Part shown: in pieces, positions 28,032-37,526 of the stretch
How the letters are laid out: every line of letters begins with the position of its first letter
How positions within the stretch are numbered: the first letter of the stretch is position 1
IMG/VR virus record: IMGVR_UViG_3300042868_009434
DNA: 64,000 bases
Source: a virus
Lineage: Duplodnaviria; Heunggongvirae; Uroviricota; Caudoviricetes
Direction: 5' to 3' (one strand)
Position numbers and translations under genes: made by a program
Notes under the pieces: model-generated
Seen by the model: only the letters and a program-made list of their open reading frames with translations
What the model was told of the DNA's origin: nothing
Databases searched by the model: none

Positions 28032-30020
28032 TTATACAGGTGTTGGGGTCGGAGTTGGGTTTATTGATTCATAGTATAAATCATTACTTGGTATAGAAAG
28101 ATAATATAAATCATTATCCGGAATAAAAATGTAAGATAAATCATTACTTGGAATTGTAATTCTACAATTCAAACAATTAGGGTCTAATAAATTGTATTTT
28201 AACTTTAATAAATTAAAGTTATGTTTTATTTGAGACGCATTTAATGGTTCGGTGTACATTCTAAACGCACTTATATCACCAATCATACTCCCCCCAAAAT
28301 ATTCTTCTAACTTAATATGAGTTGTAAGACCTGAGTAAATTGTATTATCTAAATCATGTGTTGTTAAACATTCAGGGTCTTGTTGATAAACGATATCATC
28401 AATTGTCGGAGGGCATCCACCCGAAAAAGTTAAGTTATCATGAAGACCTTGAGTTCCTCCACCTAATGAAATATTATATCCAACCCCAATTTGTTTTTCT
28501 TTTGGAGTATCTAATAGACGTGGAATAATTTCTTCAAAGTTTTCTGCAACCATAAACAATTTACCATTCACATAGAATTTCATTGTTCCTAATCTATATT
28601 TTTCTTCGGCAGTCCAATTATCGTTGAATGTTACAATTTCAGTTGTTGCGGGGTCGTATTTTTCTTCGTGAGTAATTGGTGGCTCGATTAAACTAATACT
28701 ATTGTTTGCAGTTGTTGCAGTATAAATTTCTTTAACGATTAATCCAAGACCTCCTTTATTATTCAAATCACAAGCATCAAACCATTCGTTTCGTTGAAAC
28801 ACCGCATCTATTTGAACCCAATGCTCAACATTTGAATAAGTTGTACCACTACAGTCATCAAAGATTCCTCTTGTAGAGCACCATTCAGTAACTGAAGTTC
28901 CTGTTGTATAGGTTATACCTGTTAAACAAGTTCCCGTTGTTTCACATCCCCCGGTTATTCTATATGTTTTCACACATAATCTTGGACTTCCTGTATCACC
29001 ACTTAATCTTAAAGATAAAGCATTTGAAACTCCATCATATAATGGGTCAGTTTCAGGATATTGGACACTTACCTCACAAGAACATGGACAACCACAACTA
29101 CAATTATATGATGTACCACCTGACTGTTGATAAACTTTTAAACAATCATGAGGGTTACTACCTAATAAATTACAAGCGCAAGTATCCATACAAGTTAAAC
29201 CTGAAGTAACTCTTGTATAACCTGAATCTTGTTTTGGTGAACCATCGGCGTAATGGTAGAATTTGTTTTCCGCTCTCGCTCCCATATAAAAGAATGTTCC
29301 TTTATTATTTGGGTATCGAGAATTTAAACCAACAGAAGTATCACCGGTCCATCTATATCTTAACATAAATTCGGCACTCCAACCTAAATTAGGTCTTTCA
29401 GGAAAAATTTGGTAATCATAACCAGCAACCTTGTAAAATCCTTGGAAGAATCCACCATCTAATCTCGCAACATATCCAATATCACCACCGGCATTGTTGT
29501 ACGATAAATCATACGAATATGAATTATCATTCCATAATCTATTCTGTGATGTTGTGAACCCAGTGATTGGGTGCATTTTCATCCTTCTATCGTATTTGTA
29601 TCTACTAAATTTGTCTGATTGTGTGGTATAAAGCCCGGTATTAATTTGAATTGTTTCTCCGGACATATGTTTTACCAAACCATTGTCAATTCCCGTTAAA
29701 CCAACATCACATAAGTCAGTTATTATAGGGCAAAAATTTGGGTCAGTATCAGTAGGGTTCCAATAATTTTCTGACACAATAGTGTCATAATCAAATGTAC
29801 ACGCACTTGTAGTACATAAAGTTGTTCCTGAACTATTGAAATTGAATTTAAACGGCATTCTATTACCATCCAATTCACCAATTAATAAAGGTGAAAAAAC
29901 AACCTCTTGGTCGTAATCTTTTTCGTCTGAAGCAAGACAAATGTCCGTGATTTCATTCGCCGGTTTTAGACCCCATCGTCTAAAATTATACTGATTAATG
30001 TTTTGATATGCCATATACAA
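28032..30020 (-). CDS. LamG/concanavalin-like virion protein with C-terminal PT tail
   Basis: W...D.VF, MKFYVNG and G.IS.FRMY..PL...QI..NF are laminin-G-like. It ends in three IPxNDLxY repeats plus PTPTP. The start may be 30014. Confidence 0.55.
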   Translation of the reverse strand: MYMAYQNINQYNFRRWGLKPANEITDICLASDEKDYDQEVVFSPLLIGELDGNRMPFKFNFNSSGTTLCTTSACTFDYDTIVSENYWNPTDTDPNFCPIITDLCDVGLTGIDNGLVKHMSGETIQINTGLYTTQSDKFSRYKYDRRMKMHPITGFTTSQNRLWNDNSYSYDLSYNNAGGDIGYVARLDGGFFQGFYKVAGYDYQIFPERPNLGWSAEFMLRYRWTGDTSVGLNSRYPNNKGTFFYMGARAENKFYHYADGSPKQDSGYTRVTSGLTCMDTCACNLLGSNPHDCLKVYQQSGGTSYNCSCGCPCSCEVSVQYPETDPLYDGVSNALSLRLSGDTGSPRLCVKTYRITGGCETTGTCLTGITYTTGTSVTEWCSTRGIFDDCSGTTYSNVEHWVQIDAVFQRNEWFDACDLNNKGGLGLIVKEIYTATTANNSISLIEPPITHEEKYDPATTEIVTFNDNWTAEEKYRLGTMKFYVNGKLFMVAENFEEIIPRLLDTPKEKQIGVGYNISLGGGTQGLHDNLTFSGGCPPTIDDIVYQQDPECLTTHDLDNTIYSGLTTHIKLEEYFGGSMIGDISAFRMYTEPLNASQIKHNFNLLKLKYNLLDPNCLNCRITIPSNDLSYIFIPDNDLYYLSIPSNDLYYESINPTPTPTPV

Positions 30021-30023
30021 TTG

Positions 30024-30050
30024 ATAAATACCTTGATTCGTAGTATTTAT
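30024..30050. promoter_or_regulatory. Back-to-back divergent TATTTAT motifs
   Basis: ATAAATA at 30024-30030 (minus-strand gene) and TATTTAT at 30044-30050 (plus-strand gene). Confidence 0.6.
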
Positions 30051-30065
30051 AATTAAAAAGAATAG

Positions 30066-30878
30066 ATGATTAGCGTAGACACAGAATTTTATTCATCACC
30101 TTATTATTTTCTTATCAGAGATAAGGGGGATAAATATTCCTTATATTTCTCTGTAGAGGAAACTTTAACTGAAGCTCGTAAAAAAGACGAGGTTATCCAC
30201 TTTGATAAAAAGAAAGGAAAGAAAGTTAAAAATTATTTGGAAAAAACCGTAAAAGACAAAAAAAAGAAATCAACCAAAACACTTAAAACTGATTTGGAAG
30301 AATTGGTGAATTCAGACGGTGCTATGTCAAACTCAGCAATTCCAATTCTTGACCCAAAACTTCACCCAAAGAAAACGATGGACCAAACCATAGCAGCAGC
30401 GAGAATTACAAACGACCCTATTGCTCGTGGTTATAGAACATATTATGGGGAATCAGTTGAAGAAATTGAGGAAATTGATATGTCCGGTGCATTTGGATAT
30501 GAAGAAACTGAAGACATGGACGGTAAAGACACTTTTGAATATTTGGTAAACGATATGGGAATGGAACCGGAAGACGCTGAAGAAAGAACAAAACAAAAAG
30601 GTCAAGACCCAACAGGTAAGAAAGATAAAAAGTCCCCTTATTATAAGGACCCAAATTTTATAACAAGAGCAACATTATCTGAAATACAAAAACAAAAAGC
30701 AATTAAAGTTGTTGAGGATTTATTAGTTAAGAAAAAATCGTCAAACAATGCCGATGTAAATAAAAAAGAATTGGAGACTTCAAGAATGTTGAAAAGAAAT
30801 TTATTGGTTTTGAAGAAACAAGCGGAAAAGGAAGGTATTTCAGTTTCTGAATTAATTAAAATGTTAAAAAGTGAATAA
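30066..30878 (+). CDS. Hypothetical protein (charged, several I/L-x-E sites)
   Basis: 270-aa ORF behind a TATTTAT motif. Confidence 0.5.
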   Translation: MISVDTEFYSSPYYFLIRDKGDKYSLYFSVEETLTEARKKDEVIHFDKKKGKKVKNYLEKTVKDKKKKSTKTLKTDLEELVNSDGAMSNSAIPILDPKLHPKKTMDQTIAAARITNDPIARGYRTYYGESVEEIEEIDMSGAFGYEETEDMDGKDTFEYLVNDMGMEPEDAEERTKQKGQDPTGKKDKKSPYYKDPNFITRATLSEIQKQKAIKVVEDLLVKKKSSNNADVNKKELETSRMLKRNLLVLKKQAEKEGISVSELIKMLKSE

Positions 30879-31347
30879 AGACCTATACAATTCATCCAAA
30901 GGTGAAATCGAATTTCCTAAAGAAAAAAAGGAACATATGAAAAAATGTTTCCATATGGTTAAAGGTGCTGATGAGAATACGGAAGGTTTTAACAGAAATA
31001 AGGAATTACAAAATCAAAATTTTATAGAATACAAACAATTAAAGAGAATTAAAAACTTCTTTGATAATTTTATTGGAAATCAAAATGAACCGTCATTTAT
31101 TTTGAATGGTGGTGTTGTTATGAAAAATTGGGTTAATGATGAACTTCGTAAAATGAGAGAATTTGGAGATTTAACCAAAAGAAACAAAAAAGATACGGGG
31201 ATGCAAAACTCATACATTAAACCTCACGAGAAAAAAGATTTTACAAATGTAAGAAAATCTCAAGAACATTCTAAAACTGTTGAACGATATGATGAGGCGG
31301 TTACGAATACTTTAAAAAGAATAAACGAAATAATGTTAAAATTATAA
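30871..31347 (+). CDS. Hypothetical protein
   Basis: 158-aa ORF overlapping the upstream stop codon. Confidence 0.5.
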   Translation: MNKDLYNSSKGEIEFPKEKKEHMKKCFHMVKGADENTEGFNRNKELQNQNFIEYKQLKRIKNFFDNFIGNQNEPSFILNGGVVMKNWVNDELRKMREFGDLTKRNKKDTGMQNSYIKPHEKKDFTNVRKSQEHSKTVERYDEAVTNTLKRINEIMLKL

Positions 31348-31349
31348 TT

Positions 31350-31649
31350 ATGGCAACCGAAATTACAGTGGATTTATCACAAAATGTTGAAAACAACCTT
31401 TCAGCCATTGCTGAAATGGAAAGAGCTAAACTAATACCTAAAAATGATTACAACGCCGCAGGTAACGAATATTCTTCAGTGAATAAAGATGCCGTAGCAG
31501 ATGGAGATAATAAAGGTAGAGGGACAGGAGTATTCCTTGATGTGTATAATACAGCAGCAGGTACTGCTCAAGATATTATCGAAAGAAAGGACGATATTAA
31601 AATAAATAAATTTAATTCATCTAACACTTACCCGAACTTTCAACTATAA
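31350..31649 (+). CDS. Hypothetical protein
   Basis: 99-aa ORF, coupled on both sides. Confidence 0.5.
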   Translation: MATEITVDLSQNVENNLSAIAEMERAKLIPKNDYNAAGNEYSSVNKDAVADGDNKGRGTGVFLDVYNTAAGTAQDIIERKDDIKINKFNSSNTYPNFQL

Positions 31650-32308
31650 TGAAACTGCAAAGCTCTCTTAAAAGTTTAATATTAGAAATTGCGTCAATCG
31701 AAAGTGTTATTGACGCAATCAAAAATAAACGAGTAATGGGTACTAGTTACGATGGTGACGAACCAGGTGGTAAAGGTCAAAGACTAATAGAACCTGTTTG
31801 TGTCGGAGTCAGTAAAGCTGGTAACCGAGTTGTTCGTGCTTGGGAAAGAGAGGGAGCATCTCACACCGCAACAATTGGTTCACAACCATTACCCGGATGG
31901 AGACTTTTTAGATTAGATAAAACATTCACTTTCCTACCAACATCAGACGTTTTTGATGAAATGAGACCAGGGTTTAATCCTAATGGAGATAAAAGTATGG
32001 TTTCTGTTGAGATAGTTGCTAATTTTACCACACCACCAACACCTTCTATAATACCTCAACAATTTCAACAAACACCTGAAACTCCGGAAACACCACAGCC
32101 AAACAATGATGAGGTTATTGATAGAACAATTGATTCATTAACAAACGAGTTTACACAGAAATACGGTGAAGGTGGATTTGATTTATCCAAATCAGCTGAA
32201 GCGTTCAAACGAATCTACGCAGCAATAGAATTAGAAACCGGAAATAAATTAACAGACGCCGAAAAAGCGTCATTAAGAACAATAATAACAAACAAATTAC
32301 AAAAATAA
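31649..32308 (+). CDS. WYL-domain protein without an HTH domain
   Basis: AIKNKRV...Y....G.R.IEP..VG......VRAW.......GWRLFRLDK is the WYL signature. Confidence 0.75.
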   Translation: MKLQSSLKSLILEIASIESVIDAIKNKRVMGTSYDGDEPGGKGQRLIEPVCVGVSKAGNRVVRAWEREGASHTATIGSQPLPGWRLFRLDKTFTFLPTSDVFDEMRPGFNPNGDKSMVSVEIVANFTTPPTPSIIPQQFQQTPETPETPQPNNDEVIDRTIDSLTNEFTQKYGEGGFDLSKSAEAFKRIYAAIELETGNKLTDAEKASLRTIITNKLQK

Positions 32309-32369
32309 TTTTAACCTTATAATGACAAAATCATAAATTCGTTTATGATTATATTAAAATTCAAAACTT

Positions 32370-32993
32370 ATGAGTGATTTAATGCAAAAATTAGCAATGT
32401 CAAACGCTAAAGCCCTAATGAGAGAAACCGATAGTCCAAGAAGAATGGATTCATCATCACAATCAATGGTTCAACAATTTGACGTTCCAAACGTAAAATA
32501 TAACATACCACAAGAATATCTACAAGAAAGTCCTCAACAATCGGCACAACCATACCTTTCATCATTACCTGTTGAAAATACTAAACCTGTTGGTGTACCT
32601 ACGGTTGACGCAATTAAAAATTCAAAACTACCGGATGAAATCAAAAAATTAATGATGGAACATCCAATTGCTCAACCAAACCAATCTCCTACAATGACAA
32701 TGTCTAACGAGTTAATTGAAAAATCAAGAAGATTGATGGGTCATAACGAAGGAAGTTATATTCCTGAATCCGCAAAACCAAAATCAGCACCTATTCAACA
32801 ATCGGAACCAACTCAAAATACCGGAATTAATTATAAATTAATTCAAAAAATGATTAATGAGGCGGTTACTAAATCATTAAAAGAAAATGGTTTGATTGCT
32901 GAAAGTACAGAAAAATCTAACGAAACGTTTAGTTTTAAAGTCGGAAAACACGTATTTGAAGGTAGAGTAACAAAAATTAAAAAAATGTCTTAA
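32370..32993 (+). CDS. Hypothetical Pro/Gln-rich protein
   Basis: 207-aa ORF. Confidence 0.5.
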   Translation: MSDLMQKLAMSNAKALMRETDSPRRMDSSSQSMVQQFDVPNVKYNIPQEYLQESPQQSAQPYLSSLPVENTKPVGVPTVDAIKNSKLPDEIKKLMMEHPIAQPNQSPTMTMSNELIEKSRRLMGHNEGSYIPESAKPKSAPIQQSEPTQNTGINYKLIQKMINEAVTKSLKENGLIAESTEKSNETFSFKVGKHVFEGRVTKIKKMS

Positions 32994-33048
32994 CGACTTT
33001 CTTTCTACGACATAAATTATTATATTTTAGTGAATATAATAAATAACT

Positions 33049-34260
33049 ATGTCAAAAATAAAAGTATTAGTCGTACCATCCGACAGAAGCGGAGTTGGTA
33101 AATTTAGGTCAGTTGACCCACACATTTTCTTACAAAATCTTTATGGGGGTGATTTTCATATCGATATCATCTATGACCCGTCCTATGACGATATGAACTT
33201 TTGGAAAAAATACCAAATTGTTAGTTTCCATAGAAGTATCGGTCCTGATTTTGAAAAGTCTCACGAATTAATCCAAAAATTAAATACTATGGGTATCATA
33301 ACTGTTTGTGATATCGATGACTATTGGATGCCTGGTAAAGAACATCCTATTCATGACATTATCATGTTTAATAAAATAAACGAAAAGATAGTGGCAAATC
33401 TTAAGGTTGCAAAATATGTTACTACAACAACCACACTATTTGCCGATGAAATTAGAAAATACAATAAAAATGTTTTTGTATTACCAAACGCAATAAATCC
33501 TAACGAACCTCAATTTAAAGAACCAACATTAGAATCTGATAGATTAAGATTCGGATGGTTAGGGGGTTCATCTCACTTACACGACATTCAAATATTAAAC
33601 GAAGGGTTTAATAAATTAACAAAATACCAAGATAAAGTACAATATGTTCTTTGTGGTTTTGACACTAGAGGTACGGTAACTGAAATCAATTCACAAACCG
33701 GAGAACACGTAAAACGAAATATTAAACCTGACGAAACTGTTTGGGCTCAATATGAAAAAATCTTCACACAAGATTATAAAATAGTTTCAGACGAGTATAA
33801 AAAACATTTGCTATTATACAATCAAGATATATTTCCTAATGAGATGGCAGAATCTTACTTAAGAGTTTGGACAAAACCTGTTACATCTTATGCAAAAAAT
33901 TATTCAAAATTTGATGTATCTTTGGCACCAATTAAAAACCATATGTTTAATAGAATGAAATCTCAATTAAAAGTAATTGAGGCGGGATTCTATAAAAAAG
34001 CATTAATCGCCTCTAATGTAGGTCCTTATAGTTTAGATTTAAAACATTGTTTAAAAAATGGGGAATTAGTTGACGGAAATGCGTTATTAGTTGATGAGGT
34101 TAGAAATCATTCTGATTGGGCAAAATACATGGAAAAATTAATCAAGAACCCTAATATGGCAAAAGATATGGGGGAAAGATTGTATGAGACAGTTAAAGAC
34201 AAGTACGATTTAAATATCGTAACAAAAGACAGAGCAGAATTTTATAAATCAATACTATGA
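33049..34260 (+). CDS. GT-B glycosyltransferase (GT4-like)
   Basis: DIDDYW, VLPNAI, FGWLGG.SH, D.SLAP, KS.LK.IEAG and IASNVGPY. Confidence 0.8.
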   Translation: MSKIKVLVVPSDRSGVGKFRSVDPHIFLQNLYGGDFHIDIIYDPSYDDMNFWKKYQIVSFHRSIGPDFEKSHELIQKLNTMGIITVCDIDDYWMPGKEHPIHDIIMFNKINEKIVANLKVAKYVTTTTTLFADEIRKYNKNVFVLPNAINPNEPQFKEPTLESDRLRFGWLGGSSHLHDIQILNEGFNKLTKYQDKVQYVLCGFDTRGTVTEINSQTGEHVKRNIKPDETVWAQYEKIFTQDYKIVSDEYKKHLLLYNQDIFPNEMAESYLRVWTKPVTSYAKNYSKFDVSLAPIKNHMFNRMKSQLKVIEAGFYKKALIASNVGPYSLDLKHCLKNGELVDGNALLVDEVRNHSDWAKYMEKLIKNPNMAKDMGERLYETVKDKYDLNIVTKDRAEFYKSIL

Positions 34261-34958
34261 TAAACATACCATTAAACAAGATTTTATTTTTAGACATTGA
34301 AACTGTTGGTATTGAACCAACGTGGGAGTCACTGTGTTTAAATCGACCTGAACTCTCATTCCAATTTGAAAAATATTTTGATTGGTTTCAAAAAAGATTT
34401 CCGGAAGATGCGGATGAGGGTCCGGGTAAAATGTTTGTAAACAGAGCGGCATTAGTTCCGGAATTTTTACGAATTGCCTGTGTTAGTGTTGCGTTTGTGG
34501 CACCTGATGGTACTACAAAAATGGAATCATATAGTAATGTGGACGAAAAAGAACTATTAAAAGATGTTCAGAAAATGCTTCATCGTACCGGTGAATTAGG
34601 ATTCTTCCTATGTGGTCATAATGTTAAAGGGTTTGATATTCCTGTTCTTGCAAAAAGAATGATTATGAATGGATTATTACCTCCAAAAATATTACCAGGT
34701 CATGACACTAAACCTTGGGAGATTAAAGCTCTTGATACCAAAGAAGTTTGGCAATATGGTGGTTATGGGTCAATCGCGTCATTAGAACTGATGTGTGTTT
34801 GTTTAGGTGTTGAATCTTCAAAAAATATGGAAGTAACAGGAAACAAAGTTCACGAAGCTTTTTGGGATAAAAAAGACATTAAAGGAATTGTTGAGTATTG
34901 TGAAAAAGATGTTGAAGTGTTGATAGAAGTAATTAAAAAATTAAAAGAATTAGTATAA
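34257..34958 (+). CDS. DnaQ-like 3'-5' exonuclease (PolB exo2-type)
   Basis: DEDD motifs FLDIET, GHNVKGFD and YCEKD. Confidence 0.85.
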   Translation: MINIPLNKILFLDIETVGIEPTWESLCLNRPELSFQFEKYFDWFQKRFPEDADEGPGKMFVNRAALVPEFLRIACVSVAFVAPDGTTKMESYSNVDEKELLKDVQKMLHRTGELGFFLCGHNVKGFDIPVLAKRMIMNGLLPPKILPGHDTKPWEIKALDTKEVWQYGGYGSIASLELMCVCLGVESSKNMEVTGNKVHEAFWDKKDIKGIVEYCEKDVEVLIEVIKKLKELV

Positions 34959-35581
34959 TGCAAAATTTAGATGGATTAGGGTTTGACCCCGAAATGATGG
35001 CAAGTTTTCAAAAACAATTAGAAGACCTTCAAGAACAAGCCGATGTTGAAATTGATGATGAATACCAAAAAGAATTAGAAAAATTAATTGGTATGACTTA
35101 TGAAGAAATGAATGAAGATATGATGTTAGCATTAAAAAGTAAAACACTTAAAGTGGAATTACTTAATGATGAAATACCATTCCCGGAATACGCTTACCCA
35201 AGTGATTCGGGATTTGATTTATTTTCAACAGAAGAAATAATATTACAACCATTTGGTAGAGCACTGGTACCAACCGGTATTAAATTGTCAATACCTGAAG
35301 AATTTGAAATTCAAGTTAGACCTAAAAGTGGTTTGGCAATTAACCAAGGATTAACCGTATTAAACACACCCGGAACTGTGGATTCAGGATATAATGGTGA
35401 AATTAAAGTAATCATTTTCAACACAAATAACATATCGGTCTCAATTCCTAAAGGAACTAAAATTGCTCAAGCGGTTTTATGTCCTGTAGTTAATGGAAAA
35501 TTTGTCAACTTAGTTCAAGTTAATAAGATTACTGATGGTGATAGAGGAGATAATGGATTTGGTAGCACAGGATTGATATAA
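34958..35581 (+). CDS. dut: dUTPase (trimeric) with acidic N-terminal extension
   Basis: SGFDL, RPKSG, GTVDSGYNGEI, IAQ and RGDNGFGSTG. Confidence 0.95.
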   Translation: MQNLDGLGFDPEMMASFQKQLEDLQEQADVEIDDEYQKELEKLIGMTYEEMNEDMMLALKSKTLKVELLNDEIPFPEYAYPSDSGFDLFSTEEIILQPFGRALVPTGIKLSIPEEFEIQVRPKSGLAINQGLTVLNTPGTVDSGYNGEIKVIIFNTNNISVSIPKGTKIAQAVLCPVVNGKFVNLVQVNKITDGDRGDNGFGSTGLI

Positions 35582-35582
35582 T

Positions 35583-37526
35583 ATGATAACAGTAGGATAT
35601 TCAACAAGAAAACATAACCCCGAATTTATTGAGTACTTAAAAATAAGTTCAGGGGTTAAAAATATTGAAGTAATTGAAAAGATTAACACCGGAAATAAAT
35701 CATTATCTCAAACTTATAATGAAATATTATCAGAATCTAAAAATAATATTGTTGTATTATGTCACGATGATATTTATTTCGATTCAAAAAAGTGGGGTGA
35801 AAAAATTTTAAAACAATTTCAAAAAACCAATTATGGTATTTTAGGAGTTGCTGGAACAACTTTATTACCTGAATCCGGTCAATGGTGGGAAGACCCCTCA
35901 AAAATGGTTGGGATTGTAAACCATGAAAATGAAGGAAAAAAATGGGAATCAAGATATTCAGAAGATATCGGTATTAAAATACAGAAAACAGTAATTGTTG
36001 ATGGTTTATTTATTGGTATAGATAAAACAAGGATTAAAAAAACTTTTGACGAAAATGTTAAAGGATTTCATTTTTATGATGTGGATTTTTGTTTTAATAA
36101 TTTTTTAGAAAAGGTTGAAGTTGGTGTTGTTTTTAATGTTCGAATAACCCATAAATCAATTGGCCAGACAAATGAACAATGGAATGAAAATAGAAAATTA
36201 TTTTCAGAAAATTTTAAAAATAATTTACCTTCAAAGATAACATTAAATTCAAATGACGATTTAAAACTTCTGTTCTTTATTGAAAATCACTTAGATTATA
36301 TTGATGAATTTAAATTATTAACAAAATCTAATAAAGAAATTGTTGTAATTTCAAATAACATTAACAAAGAAAATGTTAAAATTTTAAATAAATTAAGAAT
36401 AAAATCGTACAAAGACTCTGAAATACCTGGTTTTAGATTAGGTGACGGAAAATATATGGTTAAAACATCTAATGGTACAATAAAAAGTGAATTAGGCCAA
36501 TACTATAAAATATCTAATATTAATTATGATTTAATATTTTCAGATAGTTTTGAAAGTTTTAATAAAATTAAAGTTCTATACCCTTTTGTTCCAAAAATTT
36601 TTAATATAAAAGACGAAAATAAAATACCATACCACGATTCAATAATTAATTATTTAACATTTAATGATAATTTAAATGATAACCTTGGAAATATTATTGT
36701 TGATTCATTAAATGAGTTAAAACCTAAAACACAAAAAGTTAAAATATTAACCGGGTTTTCTGAAAGAGGTGGTTCTACGACTGCCTTAATAAATTTAACT
36801 AATTTATTTAACGAAAATGGTATTGATTGTACGTTTTATGGACCTCATAATTGGCACTTAGATAAATGTAAATCAGATTTGATTTCTAATTTAAAATTAG
36901 ACCCATCAGATAAAGTTATTACTCATGCGGTTAGGCCTGAAACACGATTACCTGTTGATACAGTAATATTGGCGTCTCATGAAAAATGGTGGTTCCCGGT
37001 AGGTAAAATCCCTCAACATTGGGATAAAGTAATTTTTTTACACGAAAATCACAGAGAATATCATGAAGACTATCATGGGGAATATGATATAATACCAAAT
37101 TTAAAAGAACCTTTGGTATCAAACACTAAAAAAGAAAATGTTGATTTAATTGCAGGTGTGATAGGAACTATTGAAGATAGAAAACAAACTCACAAATCAA
37201 TCGAACGAGCACTTGAAGACGGATGTGAAAAAGTGATTTTATTTGGTAAAATAGGTGATGAAAACTATTATAATGATTTAGTTAAAGATTTATTAAATGA
37301 CCCTCGTGTTGAAATGTCGGGTTATCAAACAGATAAACAATCTATGTATGATTCAATTGGAAGAGTTTATCATAGTTCAAAAGGTGAGGTGGCATGTTTA
37401 GTTAAAGATGAATGTTATTTAACTAACACTAAATTTTACGGAAATGAAGAGACCAACCATGAAGTGTCTCCATTAACAAACAACGAAATATTAGAAAAAT
37501 GGAAACAAGTATTAAGAATGAATTAA
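35583..37526 (+). CDS. Two-domain glycosyltransferase (GT2-like N-terminal, GT-B-like C-terminal)
   Basis: SLSQTYN, LCHDD and FHFYDVD in the N-domain; GGSTTA...N.....G and IAGVIG in the C-domain. Confidence 0.7.
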   Translation: MITVGYSTRKHNPEFIEYLKISSGVKNIEVIEKINTGNKSLSQTYNEILSESKNNIVVLCHDDIYFDSKKWGEKILKQFQKTNYGILGVAGTTLLPESGQWWEDPSKMVGIVNHENEGKKWESRYSEDIGIKIQKTVIVDGLFIGIDKTRIKKTFDENVKGFHFYDVDFCFNNFLEKVEVGVVFNVRITHKSIGQTNEQWNENRKLFSENFKNNLPSKITLNSNDDLKLLFFIENHLDYIDEFKLLTKSNKEIVVISNNINKENVKILNKLRIKSYKDSEIPGFRLGDGKYMVKTSNGTIKSELGQYYKISNINYDLIFSDSFESFNKIKVLYPFVPKIFNIKDENKIPYHDSIINYLTFNDNLNDNLGNIIVDSLNELKPKTQKVKILTGFSERGGSTTALINLTNLFNENGIDCTFYGPHNWHLDKCKSDLISNLKLDPSDKVITHAVRPETRLPVDTVILASHEKWWFPVGKIPQHWDKVIFLHENHREYHEDYHGEYDIIPNLKEPLVSNTKKENVDLIAGVIGTIEDRKQTHKSIERALEDGCEKVILFGKIGDENYYNDLVKDLLNDPRVEMSGYQTDKQSMYDSIGRVYHSSKGEVACLVKDECYLTNTKFYGNEETNHEVSPLTNNEILEKWKQVLRMN

